From: Clostridiales bacterium
GTDB lineage: Bacteria > Bacillota > Clostridia > Christensenellales > UBA1242
Length of the DNA stretch: 64,000 nucleotides
Direction: 5' to 3'
Assembly: GCA_015055905.1 (NCBI GenBank)
Contig: SVHI01000003.1
Span: 12,942-76,941, forward strand
The translations under genes were made by a program, and so were the position numbers. Below are positions 46,083-54,972 of the stretch, in pieces; positions within the stretch are counted from its first letter, which is position 1, and the number at the start of each line of letters is the position of its first letter. The notes beneath the pieces are model-generated. The model did no database searches and was not told the origin of the DNA. It worked only from the letters and a program-made list of their open reading frames with translations.

Positions 46083-47516
46083 ATGAAAAATAAAACAAAA
46101 ATTGTGTGCACAATAGGTCCTGCTTGTGCAAACGAAGATATCCTTAGAGAAATGATGCTCGCGGGTATGAATGTTGCGAGATTCAATATGAGTCACGGAA
46201 CACACGAAAGTCACAGAGAACTTATGAATATGGTGAAAAAGGTTAGATTTGAACTTGGTTTGCCTGTTTCAATTATGCTCGACACAAAAGGTCCTGAAGT
46301 TCGCATTAAGCAGTTCAAAAAGGGAAAAGTTAACCTTGTTGAAGGCGAAAAGTTTGTTCTCACAACTGAAAACGTTATTGGTGACGACTCTATTGTTGCT
46401 GTTACTTATGACAGACTCCCTAGCATTGTGAAAAAAGGAACAAGAATCCTTTTAAACGATGGTCTTATCGAACTTGTGGTTGAGAGCAAGTCCGAAAAAA
46501 TGATTTATACAAAAGTTGTTTCTGGTGGTGAACTTTCTAACAACAAATCAATCAATCTTCCAAGCGTTGAACTCAATATGGATTATTTGAGTGAAAACGA
46601 CAAAAAAGACCTTGCGTTTGGTGTTAGTGAAGAAGTTGAAATTTATTCAATCTCGTTTGTTAACCACGCACAAGATGTTGTTGATGTTAGAGAGTATTTA
46701 GCATCTCTTGGTGCAGAAGAGGCATATATTATTTCAAAAATTGAGTCAGATAGAGGCGTTGAAAATCTTGATGAGATTATGGACGTATCTGACGGTGTTA
46801 TGGTTGCTCGTGGTGACCTTGGTGTTGAAATTGATTTTGAAAAGATTCCTCATATTCAAAAGGATATGCTCCAAAAGGCGAGAGAAAAAGGCAAGTATGC
46901 CATCACTGCAACACAAATGCTTGAATCAATGGTTTCAAACCCTAGACCAACGAGAGCCGAAATTTCAGACGTTGCAAACGCAATTTATGATGGAACTTCT
47001 GCAATTATGCTTTCAGGTGAAACAAGTGCGGGAAAATTCCCAGTTTTGGCTGTTAAAACAATGCAAAAGATTGCTCAAGAAACTGAGAGCAACATTGAGT
47101 ATAAAAATAAGATGTCTCACTATCCTCACACAAATGACACAACTTGCGCGGTGGGTTATGCATCTTGCGCACTTGCAAGTTCGCTTAATGCAAAGGCAAT
47201 ACTTGTTACTTCAAACTCAGGAAGGTCTGTTGAAGACATAAGCAGATTTAGACCAGCTTGCGAAATTATTGCACTCACTCCAAACTTTGATGTTTATAAC
47301 AGGCTTGGAATGATGTGGGGTGCAACTCCACTCCTTGACAAGAAACATTACAACACCGATGCTCTTTTGAGGTCATCAAGACAAAGAGCTCTTCAGGCGG
47401 GTTTAGTGAAAGAGGGTGATGTTGTTATTCAAACCGCAGGCATTATGACTGGTTCAACAGGTTCAAATATGCTTGTTGTTTCTGAAATAAAGAAAGAGGA
47501 GGCTGACAGTGAATAG
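46083..47516 (+). CDS. pyk: Pyruvate kinase
   Basis: KTKIVCTIGPA, MNVARFNMSHG and MVARGDLGVE motifs. The start ATG 46083 follows a GAGG SD; the upstream part of the track ORF is AT-rich promoter sequence. Confidence 0.95.
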   Translation: MKNKTKIVCTIGPACANEDILREMMLAGMNVARFNMSHGTHESHRELMNMVKKVRFELGLPVSIMLDTKGPEVRIKQFKKGKVNLVEGEKFVLTTENVIGDDSIVAVTYDRLPSIVKKGTRILLNDGLIELVVESKSEKMIYTKVVSGGELSNNKSINLPSVELNMDYLSENDKKDLAFGVSEEVEIYSISFVNHAQDVVDVREYLASLGAEEAYIISKIESDRGVENLDEIMDVSDGVMVARGDLGVEIDFEKIPHIQKDMLQKAREKGKYAITATQMLESMVSNPRPTRAEISDVANAIYDGTSAIMLSGETSAGKFPVLAVKTMQKIAQETESNIEYKNKMSHYPHTNDTTCAVGYASCALASSLNAKAILVTSNSGRSVEDISRFRPACEIIALTPNFDVYNRLGMMWGATPLLDKKHYNTDALLRSSRQRALQAGLVKEGDVVIQTAGIMTGSTGSNMLVVSEIKKEEADSE

Positions 47517-48558
47517 AAAGTTTAGAAAATTATTTATATGCTTTTTAATGACTATCTTGATGCCTTTAACTATGGTTCTCTCAGGTTGTGGAGCGACTCC
47601 AAAAAACATAGTTTTGGGTGTTGCTTTTGAATCAATGACTTATGATGAGGAAACAGGATATGCCATTTTTGAAGTTGATAAGAACTTAGAAACCACTCTT
47701 GAATATAAGGTTTACCCATCAACTTGCACAGGTTATAAGGTTTACTTTGACCCTGTTGACAAGGGAACTGCTGAAAACTCTTCAAGATTTACTTTTGAAA
47801 ATGGAAAGATTATTGTAAATTCAGACTCGTTTGAAGAAGTTACTTATAAGGTTAGAATTGGCGACCATACTGATACTTGCATTGTTAGACTTAAAACCTA
47901 TCCAGTTAGTATTCGTCCAGAACAATCAACAATGACCATTGGTGCCTATGAAACCGCATCAATCAATGTTATTGCAACATTTATGAACCCAAATGGTTTG
48001 ACTTATTCAAGAAATCTTAGCGAAAATGACTTTGGATTCTTGGTTGAGCCAGAAGATGAAACCATTATTGGTGTTCCAGACCCAAATAGATTGAAATTCC
48101 GTTCAATTAGAGGAAATGCGGCTGAAACAAAACTTAGAGTAACCCTTTTGAATGGTGCAGGCGAAAAAACCTCTTTAACCTTTGAAATTGACGTTATTAT
48201 TACTCAAAATCCAAACACAGCCTATCTGTTAATGGAAAAGGGTTATAGCAAGATTATTAGAAATGACCAAACCATTCAAGTTAACTATGACGAACTCGAA
48301 ACAGAGGGAAGTTATAAGGCAATTAAATTTGATGTTTATGTTGTTTCAAACACAAATCTTTGGATTGAGGAAGATTGTGGTCTTTCGTTCCAACTTTCAA
48401 ACAAAAAACTTGCAAAAGTTAGTGACGATGGAAAATATCTTCTTTTGACAGATGGAATTGTTAATGGATATAAATTGGACGTTAGCATTTGCACAAATCT
48501 CACAATGGAAGACGGTTCATTGTTTATTATTAATTTGACAATGGAATTTGTTAGATAA
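47509..48558 (+). CDS. Hypothetical lipoprotein (Ig-like beta-rich)
   Basis: GTG start after a GGAGG SD overlaps the pyk stop. Lipobox VLSGC. Confidence 0.55.
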   Translation: MNRKFRKLFICFLMTILMPLTMVLSGCGATPKNIVLGVAFESMTYDEETGYAIFEVDKNLETTLEYKVYPSTCTGYKVYFDPVDKGTAENSSRFTFENGKIIVNSDSFEEVTYKVRIGDHTDTCIVRLKTYPVSIRPEQSTMTIGAYETASINVIATFMNPNGLTYSRNLSENDFGFLVEPEDETIIGVPDPNRLKFRSIRGNAAETKLRVTLLNGAGEKTSLTFEIDVIITQNPNTAYLLMEKGYSKIIRNDQTIQVNYDELETEGSYKAIKFDVYVVSNTNLWIEEDCGLSFQLSNKKLAKVSDDGKYLLLTDGIVNGYKLDVSICTNLTMEDGSLFIINLTMEFVR

Positions 48559-48571
48559 CAAAATCAGTCAA

Positions 48572-48598
48572 ACACCCACTAAAAGTGGGTGTTTTTTT
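48572..48598 (+). terminator. Intrinsic terminator
   Basis: ACACCCAC-taaaa-GTGGGTGT followed by T6. Confidence 0.8.
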
Positions 48599-48745
48599 AA
48601 TGAAATTTTCCAAGGGGTATTGAAATTTGGCATAGGGTGTGTTATAATATAGTTGTGAGTTATAAAAAAATAAATTAATTTTTTTGTTAAACTCCGATAA
48701 ATTAAGGTTTCACAAGTTTTGATTGTGAAAATTTTTAGTTGACTA

Positions 48746-48774
48746 TTGACATTTTTATGCAAAAAGAGTATAAT
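48746..48774 (+). promoter_or_regulatory. Consensus sigma-70-type promoter
   Basis: TTGACA-17-TATAAT. Confidence 0.65.
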
Positions 48775-48803
48775 ATTTACAAGACAAAGGGAGGTCTGTA
48801 AAA

Positions 48804-50549
48804 ATGAGAAGAAAAAATTTATTTTTATCTTTAATTTGTAGCGTTTTAGTAGCTGTTACAATGATTAGCTTTACAGTTTATTCATTAGTTTCAACTAAGC
48901 CAAACAAAGGACAAAACGATAATGCTGGAACAAATGTATCTATCGTTGGTGATGGCAATGTTGACCCAGGTGATGAAATTGTAATCGATGAAAACATTAA
49001 TGAACTTAGAGATGGTTCAGAAGAATTGCCATATGTGCTTTTCAGTGCTGATAATTTCGCTGAAATGCTTTCAACTTATGGTTCAGAAACTCAACCAAAG
49101 AGAAAAGTAGTAAAAGAACAAGTTATGGTTGAAGACGAAACTGGTGCTCTTGTGCCAAAATATGATGAACAAGGCGAACCTGTTCTTCAAAACAAAATTG
49201 ATGAAGATGGCAACCTCGTTTATGAATATGAATTAGATGGACAAGGCAACAAGATTTATGTTCCATATTGTTTTGAACTTGGCAAAAACATTGATTTTGC
49301 TGGTGCAAATGTTGAACCACTTTTTAACAATGGCAAAAAATTTATTGGAACAATCGATGGTAATGGTTTCAAACTTAAAAACATTTCAATCAGTGTTAAC
49401 GCTGAAGAATTTGAAGACAAATATTCACATACAGTAGGTGACTATAGAGTTGCTCACATCGCACTTTTTGGTGATGTTGAAGGTGCAACAATCACTGATA
49501 TCGCTGTTGAAGATATGAGCGTTACTGTTGAAGAATCAGTTTACACTTATGTTAGAGACGTTCAATATGATGCAAGCAAAGGTTTCTATAAAGAAATCAT
49601 TGTTGGAACATTTGCTGCAAATGCTGCTGACACAACATTCGAAAAAGTTTCTGTAAAAGCAAGCGTTAACGGTTTTGCTTATGCAATCTATGAACAAAAC
49701 AAAGCTGCTGGATACAATGCACTTGGTGGACTTGTTGCAGTTGCTGACGGCGTTGAAGTTAAAGATAGCACAATCGATGTAGATATCGTTGCAAACACTG
49801 GTCTCAACTTCTATGTTGGTGGTGTTGCTGCTTATGCTTATGAAACAAGCGTAGAAAACACATTTGTTGATGTTTCAGTTAAATCAAACTTTGCTCAAAG
49901 ATTAACTGTTGCTGGTATGTTTGTTAAGGCTGACACACTTACTGTTGTAGATTCAAATGTTGAATTTGTTTTGGCTGAAAAATCTGCAACTGCTGAACAA
50001 AGAGCAGAGTATGTTGAAGGTCTTGGAACAACAGCTCATAACAACAATCTTGGAAAAGCTGCTGGTGTTGTAGTATTCTTGACTGCAAATGATGACACAC
50101 AAAAATCTGTATTTAACAATGTTTCAATCGTTGCTAATGTTGACTATGATTGCATCTATGCTGGTGTTATTATGGACGTTGATACAACAAGCAAAACAAA
50201 TATGGAACTTGTTAAACTCACAAATGTTGATGTTAACTCAAACGTTAATGTTTTAGTTGCTTATGGTTATGCTAGACAACTTATTGCTGCAACTGTTGTA
50301 TTTGATGAAAACACAACTGCTGCAAACATTACTCTTACTGGTAACACAAAACTTGAAAAATATATCGTTTCAGGTTCAACACAACAAAACTATTCTGCTA
50401 CACTCTTCACATATAAAGATAACTATAGATACTTAACAGTTGATATTGGAACTCTTCGTTTCAAAATCACAACAGCTATTGCTGAGAAGTTAGGTTCAAC
50501 AGACAACCTTAGAATTAAAAATAAAACTTATGGTGCTGTTGAATACTAA
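48804..50549 (+). CDS. Membrane-anchored surface protein with GLUG-like repeats
   Basis: N-terminal signal anchor and repeated G-G-L/V-(V)A motifs (IALFGDVEGATITDIAV, LGGLVAVADGVEVKDSTI, YVGGVAAYAYETSVENTFV). Confidence 0.5.
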   Translation: MRRKNLFLSLICSVLVAVTMISFTVYSLVSTKPNKGQNDNAGTNVSIVGDGNVDPGDEIVIDENINELRDGSEELPYVLFSADNFAEMLSTYGSETQPKRKVVKEQVMVEDETGALVPKYDEQGEPVLQNKIDEDGNLVYEYELDGQGNKIYVPYCFELGKNIDFAGANVEPLFNNGKKFIGTIDGNGFKLKNISISVNAEEFEDKYSHTVGDYRVAHIALFGDVEGATITDIAVEDMSVTVEESVYTYVRDVQYDASKGFYKEIIVGTFAANAADTTFEKVSVKASVNGFAYAIYEQNKAAGYNALGGLVAVADGVEVKDSTIDVDIVANTGLNFYVGGVAAYAYETSVENTFVDVSVKSNFAQRLTVAGMFVKADTLTVVDSNVEFVLAEKSATAEQRAEYVEGLGTTAHNNNLGKAAGVVVFLTANDDTQKSVFNNVSIVANVDYDCIYAGVIMDVDTTSKTNMELVKLTNVDVNSNVNVLVAYGYARQLIAATVVFDENTTAANITLTGNTKLEKYIVSGSTQQNYSATLFTYKDNYRYLTVDIGTLRFKITTAIAEKLGSTDNLRIKNKTYGAVEY

Positions 50550-50567
50550 TTCAACGCACGCAAAGGG

Positions 50568-50599
50568 AAAAGAGAAGTGAAAATTCACTTCTCTTTTTT
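50568..50599 (+). terminator. Intrinsic terminator
   Basis: AGAGAAGTGAA-aa-TTCACTTCTCT followed by T6. Confidence 0.8.
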
Positions 50600-50683
50600 T
50601 GTTGTTTCAAAACCTTATTTCGTTTGACATACCAAGAATAAATATTATATATTTATTATGTATAATAATATAGGGAAGGATTT

Positions 50684-52156
50684 ATGAAAAATACTTTCAA
50701 ATTACTTTTTATATTTATGGGTGGCTTGACAGCGATTATTATCATCACTATAGCAGGCTTTATTCTTATTGAAAAGAATAAAACTTTCTATATTTATGAT
50801 ATTCGTTTTGTTGTGCCTGTTGAAGAAGAAGTGGGTTATGTTTACTCCTATGTCCCTACGGGTGAAGAGGGTGAAGTAATACCAGGGAATGATTATGAGA
50901 GAATTAAAAACACAACTGTTTATATGTATAGTGATTCTCAAAACTTGTTCCCAATCGCTGTTTTTGCAGCAACATCAAATGATTCAAAAGATATCAAAAT
51001 CACATCATCTGACACAAGCATTGCAAAAATCGTTCTCATTGATGGACTTTGCTATGTTAAGTATCTCAAAGAGGGTGAAGTAACCATTACTGGCGAAGTT
51101 GGTGGGGTTACTGACAGCTTTGTATTGAAAGTTCTTGATATGGTTCCAAGCGATTTCCAAGTGTTTGACCACGCATACTATGGCGACGAATATGTTGGTT
51201 TGTTCCCAAATTCAATAGTTGGTTATGCAGACGGAATGGAATATAGATATTCATATAAACTTGGTGACATCACTGGGGCAGAAGATATTTCAAAGATTGA
51301 TGGTGACCTTATTCGTATTGACGAAGCAAACCTTGATGCAACTATTTTTGACAAGGTTGTTATTGATTCTGCTAACCACGAACTTGTTGTTACTTGCAAG
51401 GTTCCAGATAGCGCACAAACTGAAAACATCAATACATCAATAATTCTTCAATCTTTCACTTATGGAAAAGATGGTGAACAAATCATTCAAGACAACTATA
51501 TTGTTAATGTTTATGTTGTTTTGGAAATTCCTGAGTTTTTGCAAATTGAAGTTTCAAAGAGTCCTGACTTTGAAGAGGGAACTGTTTTCACTGACACACA
51601 CAAAATTGACATTTCGTCTTACACTGACGAACAAATTTTGGCAAATCCATCTTTGTTAGACGGATATCTTTCAGCGGAAAAGGCTGAAAACTATCTTGCT
51701 GAAAATGAAGAAAAGGCAACATATAATGTTTACTTTACTGAAAAAGTTAGCAAACTCTATGTTAGATTTAGAGTTGTTTATACAAACGGCAAGATTGAAT
51801 ATTTGGTGAATGGTGACAATGTTGGGTTGAAATTCAATGGTCTTGACAGTGACTCATATTGCACACTCGCACCTATGGATAACTATTATATTTTGAAACT
51901 TTCAACTGATGATTATTTTGTTGAAAGTGCTGGCGATTATAATGACTATGAAGTGAGTGTGTCACTTAAGAACTTTATTTTTGACACTTATACATTCAAG
52001 TTTGAATATCTTGAGCAAACCACTGAAAACATTGAAAAATTATATGACTATAATGAAGAAACAAAAGTCTATACATTTAAGTATTGGGACGAAAGAGCCA
52101 GATTCACAAACGAGGTTTGTGATGAAGAGGGCAACATTATAGGGTTTGGTGCATAG
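50684..52156 (+). CDS. Membrane-anchored protein with a Big_2-like Ig domain
   Basis: N-terminal TM helix. The segment KITSSDTSIAKIV...GEVTITGEVGGVTDSFVLKV fits the bacterial Ig-like group 2 pattern. Confidence 0.5.
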   Translation: MKNTFKLLFIFMGGLTAIIIITIAGFILIEKNKTFYIYDIRFVVPVEEEVGYVYSYVPTGEEGEVIPGNDYERIKNTTVYMYSDSQNLFPIAVFAATSNDSKDIKITSSDTSIAKIVLIDGLCYVKYLKEGEVTITGEVGGVTDSFVLKVLDMVPSDFQVFDHAYYGDEYVGLFPNSIVGYADGMEYRYSYKLGDITGAEDISKIDGDLIRIDEANLDATIFDKVVIDSANHELVVTCKVPDSAQTENINTSIILQSFTYGKDGEQIIQDNYIVNVYVVLEIPEFLQIEVSKSPDFEEGTVFTDTHKIDISSYTDEQILANPSLLDGYLSAEKAENYLAENEEKATYNVYFTEKVSKLYVRFRVVYTNGKIEYLVNGDNVGLKFNGLDSDSYCTLAPMDNYYILKLSTDDYFVESAGDYNDYEVSVSLKNFIFDTYTFKFEYLEQTTENIEKLYDYNEETKVYTFKYWDERARFTNEVCDEEGNIIGFGA

Positions 52157-52419
52157 TGGTTCCTGACGCATTTATTGAATATTATTATGGAAAATATAAG
52201 GTTGTTGATTTGCACAGGCTCACAAAAGAAGATGCCAAGATTCAACTTTTATATGAAATGAATAGTTATGACGCGGGTATAAAGTGCTTGGTTGTTGTTC
52301 ACGGCTATCACGGTGGAACAACCATAAAAAACCTTGTTAGAAAAGAGTTTTCTCACGAGTCGATTGTTGAGAAGATTAATCTTGATGCTGGCAGAACTAT
52401 TTATAAATTAAAAAATTAA
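52156..52419 (+). CDS. Stand-alone Smr-domain-like protein (87 aa)
   Basis: VDLHRLTKEDA...CLVVVHGYHGGTTIKNLVRKEF parallels Smr LDLHG.T..EA....v.iIHGkG.G.Lr..V. Its GTG start overlaps the upstream TAG as TAGTG. Confidence 0.5.
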   Translation: MVPDAFIEYYYGKYKVVDLHRLTKEDAKIQLLYEMNSYDAGIKCLVVVHGYHGGTTIKNLVRKEFSHESIVEKINLDAGRTIYKLKN

Positions 52420-52497
52420 AAGAATTTTTTGAAAAGTATAGAAATATAATATTTAATATGATAAAATACAATTATCAAATATAAAGGTGGTTAGATA

Positions 52498-52686
52498 ATG
52501 GATATTTCAAGAAAAACATTACTTATAACATTTATTGTTAATATTCTCCTTATTGCTATCGCTGTTACTTGTATGATTGTTACAAAGTTCAACACAGTTG
52601 TTTTATGGCTTTCAGTTGCAACTGTTGCTCTTGTGCTTTTCTCATCATATATCATTTGGAGATATGCAAGAGAAATGAGAGGTTAA
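52498..52686 (+). CDS. Small two-TM membrane protein
   Basis: 62 aa with an AGGTGG SD and two hydrophobic helices. A terminator follows. Confidence 0.5.
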   Translation: MDISRKTLLITFIVNILLIAIAVTCMIVTKFNTVVLWLSVATVALVLFSSYIIWRYAREMRG

Positions 52687-52694
52687 CTACAAAA

Positions 52695-52718
52695 AGGAGT
52701 GGAAATCCACTCCTTTTT
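52695..52718 (+). terminator. Intrinsic terminator
   Basis: AGGAGTGG-aaat-CCACTCCT followed by T5. Confidence 0.8.
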
Positions 52719-52771
52719 ATTTTGCTGTTTAATACTTGAAAATTTGTTCATAATTATCCATAGAGGTGTTT

Positions 52772-53365
52772 ATGGATAAAAAGTCAGTTTCTGCAACGAT
52801 ATTAGTTTTGTTTCTCGCGTTGTTTTTCTCAGTTGTTGGGGTTTGTTTTTCAACGTTTGTTTATGCAAAAACACGAACGTTGGTTGAAAAGGTAGCAATA
52901 AAAACTGCAAGTGCTGTTAAGGTTTTTAATGACAAGAAAAAGACAAAGTCTGCCACTCAGTTGAAGCTATCAAATATGGATGTTGGGTTAAAACCCGCAA
53001 CAGGCGAAGTTGATGGTGAAACAAAGATTCCTTCAACGATAACAGATGAGGGGACGAGTGAGGGGTATTATTCAACAGTTTATGTTGATGCGAGTGCAGG
53101 GTTTAAGGTTGTTGTTAAAGATATAAACATTGATTCCAAGCACGATACATTGCTTGTTAAAGAAGAGCGAAAGAATATTTTTGTTGCAATCAAAGATGTT
53201 AAAGGCTCTGCTAAGTCATTGGAGAATGATGAGGTTGAACTTGCACAGTTTTCAAACACTCAAGAACTTGACAAAATAACGTTTTTTGTGTGGTTATCAT
53301 CATTTGCAACCGATGAACTTGAGGGGGCAAAAATTAGTTTTACGATTGAATTCGTTTTAATTTAA
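52772..53365 (+). CDS. Secreted/anchored hypothetical protein (weak TasA/camelysin-like beta-sandwich resemblance)
   Basis: ATG 52772 after a GAGGTG SD, and an N-terminal hydrophobic signal. The resemblance rests only on the LSNM..LKP and C-terminal KISFTIEF patterns. Confidence 0.4.
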   Translation: MDKKSVSATILVLFLALFFSVVGVCFSTFVYAKTRTLVEKVAIKTASAVKVFNDKKKTKSATQLKLSNMDVGLKPATGEVDGETKIPSTITDEGTSEGYYSTVYVDASAGFKVVVKDINIDSKHDTLLVKEERKNIFVAIKDVKGSAKSLENDEVELAQFSNTQELDKITFFVWLSSFATDELEGAKISFTIEFVLI

Positions 53366-53399
53366 GTATTTTGTCAAAAAAATTTCACATACTATTTTT

Positions 53400-54941
53400 A
53401 TGAAGAACGGGTTTGTGAAAGGTGCGGTGGTTTTGGTTATCTTCAACCTTATTGGAAAGGTGTTAGGGGCGATATATCGCATACCACTTGCCAATTTGTT
53501 GGGATTAGAGGGAATGGGGGAATATCAACTGATATTTCCTCTTTATTCGTTGCTTTTGGCGGTCTCAACTTCTGGCATACCTGTTGCGATGTCTAAACTG
53601 GTTGCAGAGTATAATTCACAAAACCGAAAAAAAGACTCCAGAAGGCTTTTGTGGTCGGCGGTTTTCTATTTGGCAATAATATCTTTTATTTGCAGTGCGA
53701 TTGTTGTTTTTGGTGCAAAATTAATCGCTGGGCTTCAGGGTAATAAGGGTATTTATTTTTGTTATTATGGAATTGCTCCTGCAATCTTCTTTGTTGGATT
53801 GCTTTCGGCTTTCAGGGGGTATTTTCAGGGCAATTTAATGATGATGCCAACGGCAATCTCTGGGCTTGTTGAGCAATCTTCAAAATTATTCTTTGGGTTG
53901 TTTTTTGCAAGCAAATTATTAAAATATGGAGTTTCTTTTGGGGTTCTTGGTGCACTGGTTGGAATTTCGATTAGTGAGTTATTTGCGTTAATATTTATTT
54001 TTTTATATTATTTATTTTCAAGAAAGAAAAACAATATCAAAACAGAGCAGGGTGTTAGTACCTATAGCACGCTATCAAAACAACTTTTGTCTATGGCTTT
54101 GCCGATAACCTTTGGTGGGCTTGCATACCCAGTTGTTTCAATAATTGATAGCGTTTTGGTTGTGAATCTGTTAATGAACATTGGATATTCGTCAACCGTT
54201 GCAACGGCGATGTATGGTATTGAGTTTGGTGTGGTTGACCCGCTCATTAATATTCCTATCATTATAGCGGTTGCTGTTTCCTCGTCGATACTTCCAAACA
54301 TTAGCAAAGTGTCGGCTATTGGTGATAAACAAGAGCAGAAAAGGCTTGTTGAAAAGGCTCTGCAAATAACCCTAAGTGTGTCGCTTGCGTGTGCGATTTG
54401 TTACGTTGTTTTTGGAAAGCAAATCTTAAGTTTTTTGTATGGTGGAACTCTTACGGCAGAGACTTTGAAAATGGCAACAATTTTATTGTTTTTGGGTTGC
54501 ATAAATCTAATATTTATGTCGCTAGTTCAGGTTTCTTCAGGAATTTTGCAGGGGTTAGGGAAACATAAAAATGCAGCATCTGCAATAGGTGTTGGTGCGC
54601 TCATTAAAGTAGTTTTAACTATTGTTTTGGTTGGAAACCCAAGAGTTAATATTTATGGGGTTATGATATCTGGTGGGGTGTCATATTTGGCGGTGTTTGT
54701 GGCTAACTATTTGAGAATAAAAAAAGAAACATCATTGAAATTGCAAAATATTTATTTTGGGGTGTCTATTCAAGAGTGTGCGGTGTGTTTGGTGGCATTC
54801 TTTTCGAACTATTTTTTAGGGCTTGTTTTTGGCGGTAACATTGCACTTTTTGGCGGGGGATTTATTGCTGTTATGATTTTTGCTGTCTCTTATTACATTT
54901 TGTTTGTTTTAAAAAGCAAAGGTGAAGATTATTCAACTTGA
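53400..54941 (+). CDS. MOP-superfamily flippase (MurJ/SpoVB/YabM-like polysaccharide or lipid II flippase)
   Basis: 513 aa with about 14 TM helices. The N-terminal GAVVLVIFNLIGKVLGAIYRIPLANLLG is typical of SpoVB/MurJ-like proteins. Confidence 0.75.
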   Translation: MKNGFVKGAVVLVIFNLIGKVLGAIYRIPLANLLGLEGMGEYQLIFPLYSLLLAVSTSGIPVAMSKLVAEYNSQNRKKDSRRLLWSAVFYLAIISFICSAIVVFGAKLIAGLQGNKGIYFCYYGIAPAIFFVGLLSAFRGYFQGNLMMMPTAISGLVEQSSKLFFGLFFASKLLKYGVSFGVLGALVGISISELFALIFIFLYYLFSRKKNNIKTEQGVSTYSTLSKQLLSMALPITFGGLAYPVVSIIDSVLVVNLLMNIGYSSTVATAMYGIEFGVVDPLINIPIIIAVAVSSSILPNISKVSAIGDKQEQKRLVEKALQITLSVSLACAICYVVFGKQILSFLYGGTLTAETLKMATILLFLGCINLIFMSLVQVSSGILQGLGKHKNAASAIGVGALIKVVLTIVLVGNPRVNIYGVMISGGVSYLAVFVANYLRIKKETSLKLQNIYFGVSIQECAVCLVAFFSNYFLGLVFGGNIALFGGGFIAVMIFAVSYYILFVLKSKGEDYST

Positions 54942-54966
54942 TTAATTGATTAAAATTTGATAGAAT
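54938..54966 (+). promoter_or_regulatory. Promoter TTGATT-17-TAGAAT (extended TG), with the -10 placed 6 nt before ATG 54973 (candidate leaderless)
   Basis: TGaTAGAAT-atttct-ATG, with no SD. Confidence 0.55.
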
Positions 54967-54972
54967 ATTTCT

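Noticed and set aside
48568-48762. 64-aa minus-strand ORF in the intergenic region before the GLUG-repeat gene
   Set aside because: It spans a plus-strand terminator hairpin and a consensus plus-strand promoter. It has no SD and no recognisable protein features.
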